Shown here: one piece after another, positions 62,320-64,000 of the stretch
How the letters are laid out: the number at the start of each line of letters is the position of its first letter
Position numbering within the stretch: the stretch's first letter is position 1
Assembly (NCBI GenBank): GCA_003427395.1
Contig: BFEA01000013.1
Location: 2,867,584-2,931,583, forward strand
Direction of reading: 5' to 3'
Length of the DNA stretch: 64,000 nucleotides
DNA from: Chara braunii
Taxonomy: Eukaryota > Plantae > Charophyceae
Made by a program: the position numbers and the translations under genes
The notes under the pieces: model-generated
Seen by the model: only the letters and a program-made list of their open reading frames with translations
Databases searched by the model: none
Told to the model about the DNA's origin: nothing

Positions 62320-64000
62320 CTCACTATGTAAATCGTCACTTTCCCCCTTGAGTTTTCATGCATGAGAGTGAACTCTACTCACTCTTCACTCAATTTCTCT
62401 TCATTCTCTCACTTGGATGCAAATCGCAATCTTGATTCTTGCTTTTCCTAGCATTTTTGTGATGTGTAGTGCTTGATTAGTCTCAATCTTCATTCCCATG
62501 TAAATCGCCACTTTCCCCCTTGAGTTTTCATGCATGAGAGTGAGTTCTACTCACTCTACACTCAGTTTCTCTCCATTCTCTCACTTTGATGCAAATCGCA
62601 ATCTTGATTCTTGCTTTTCCTAGCATTTTGGTGATGTGTAGTGCTTGATTAGTCTCAATCTTCACTCCCGTGTAAATCGTCACTTTCCCCCTTGAGTTTT
62701 CATGCATGAGAGTGAGTTCTACTCACTCTACACTCAATTTCTCTCCATTCTCTCACCTAGATGCAAATCGCAATCTTGATTCTTGCTTTTCCTAGCATTT
62801 TGGTAATGTGTAGTGCTTGATTAGTCACAATCTTCACTCCGATGTAAATCGTCACTTTCCCCCTTGAGTTTCCATGCATGAGAGTGAGTTCTACTCACTT
62901 TACACTCCCTTTCTCTCCATTCTCTCACTTGGATGCAAATCGCAATCTTGATTTTTGCTTTTCCTAGCACTTTGGTGATGTGTAGTGCTTGATTAGTCTC
63001 AATGTTCACTCCTATGTAAATCGCCACTTTCCCCCTTGAGTTTCCATGCATGAGAGTGAGTTCTACTCACTCTACACTCACTTTCTCTTCATTCTCTCAC
63101 TTGGATGCAAATCGCAATCTTGATTCTTGCTTTTCCTAGCATTTTCGTGACGTGTAGTGCTTGATTAGTCTCAATCTTCACTCCCATCTAAATCGCCACT
63201 TTCCCCTTTGAGTTTCCATGCATGAGAGTGAACTCTACTCACTCTACACTCAATTTCTCTCCATTCTCTCACTTGGATGCAAATCGCAATCTTGATTCTT
63301 GGTTTTCCTAGCATTTTGGTGATGTGAGGGCTTTATTAGTCTCAATCTTCACTCCCATGTAAATCGTCACTTTCCCCCTTGAGTTTTCATGCATGAGAGT
63401 GAGTTCTCCTCACTCTACACTCACTTTCTCTCCATTCTCTCACTTGGATGCAAATCGCAATCTTGATTATTGCTTTTCCTAACATTTTGGTGATGTGTAG
63501 TGCTTGATTAGTCTCAATCTTCACTCCCATGTAATTCGCCACTTTCCCCCTTGAGTTTTCATGCATGAGAGTGCCTTCTACTCACTCTACACTCACTTTC
63601 TCTCCGTTCTTTCACTTGGATGCAAATCGCAATCTTGATTCTTGCTTTTCTTAGCATTTTGGTGATGTGTAGTGCTTGATTAGTCTCAATCTTCACTCCC
63701 ATGTAAATCGCCACTTTCCCCCTTGAGTCTCCATGCATGAGAGTGAAGTTTTACTCACTCTACACTCAATTTCTCNTAGTCTCAATCTTCACTCCCATGT
63801 AAATCGCCACTTTCCCCCTTGAGTCTCCATGCATGAGAGTGAAGTTTTACTCACTCTACACTCAATTTCTCCTCTTCTCCCCACTTGGGTGTAAATCGCA
63901 ACTTGATTTCTTGCTTTTCCCAGCATTTTTGTGATGTGTGGTGCTTGCCTAGTCTCAATCTTCACTCCCATGTAAATCGCCACTTTCCCCCTTGAGTCTC
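62320..64000. repeat. 172-bp tandem satellite (about 9-10 monomers, runs off the window)
   Basis: The .tgtaaatcg.cactttccccc anchor recurs at 62326, 62498, 62670, 62842 and 63014, a period of 172. Confidence 0.96.

Noticed and set aside
55385-64000. CRISPR-like arrays
   Set aside because: The repeats are contiguous tandem units without unique spacers, there are no cas genes, and the context is eukaryotic.

Overview
Eukaryotic, repeat-dominated nuclear DNA, not prokaryotic. It is most likely a charophyte/streptophyte alga of the Chara type; this is an inference from the transposon protein style, a plastid rps16 fragment retaining its group II intron, and ndhF/cox1 fragments. Left to right: (1) the 3' end of a Penelope-like retroelement with a candidate type I hammerhead ribozyme; (2) a truncated Ty3/gypsy element whose 5' LTR is split by a complete but mutated chromodomain-bearing relative (6270-15286; PBS, PPT, both LTRs, probable TSD); (3) an untrimmed Nextera mate-pair adapter (16349-16386, artefact); (4) the only convincing host coding region, a 3.6-kb exon (16667-20290) with an EAR-like FDLNL motif; (5) an ndhF plastid insertion; (6) an unclassified element carrying a well-formed type III hammerhead ribozyme (26307-26366) with complementary loops; (7) an ~11-kb decayed L1-type LINE whose ORF2 is interrupted by a ~1.35-kb patchwork of plastid and mitochondrial fragments (rps16 with group II intron end, a group I intron core, cox1, a maturase); (8) a 7.1-kb hAT transposon with an exact 8-bp TSD; (9) a second L1 fragment, a ~57-bp minisatellite, a 443-bp duplication and a 172-bp satellite. 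The best leads are the two hammerhead motifs, an unidentified coding domain present in three diverged copies with synonymous-biased differences, and the plastid-mitochondrial mosaic. All calls are by eye, without database searches.
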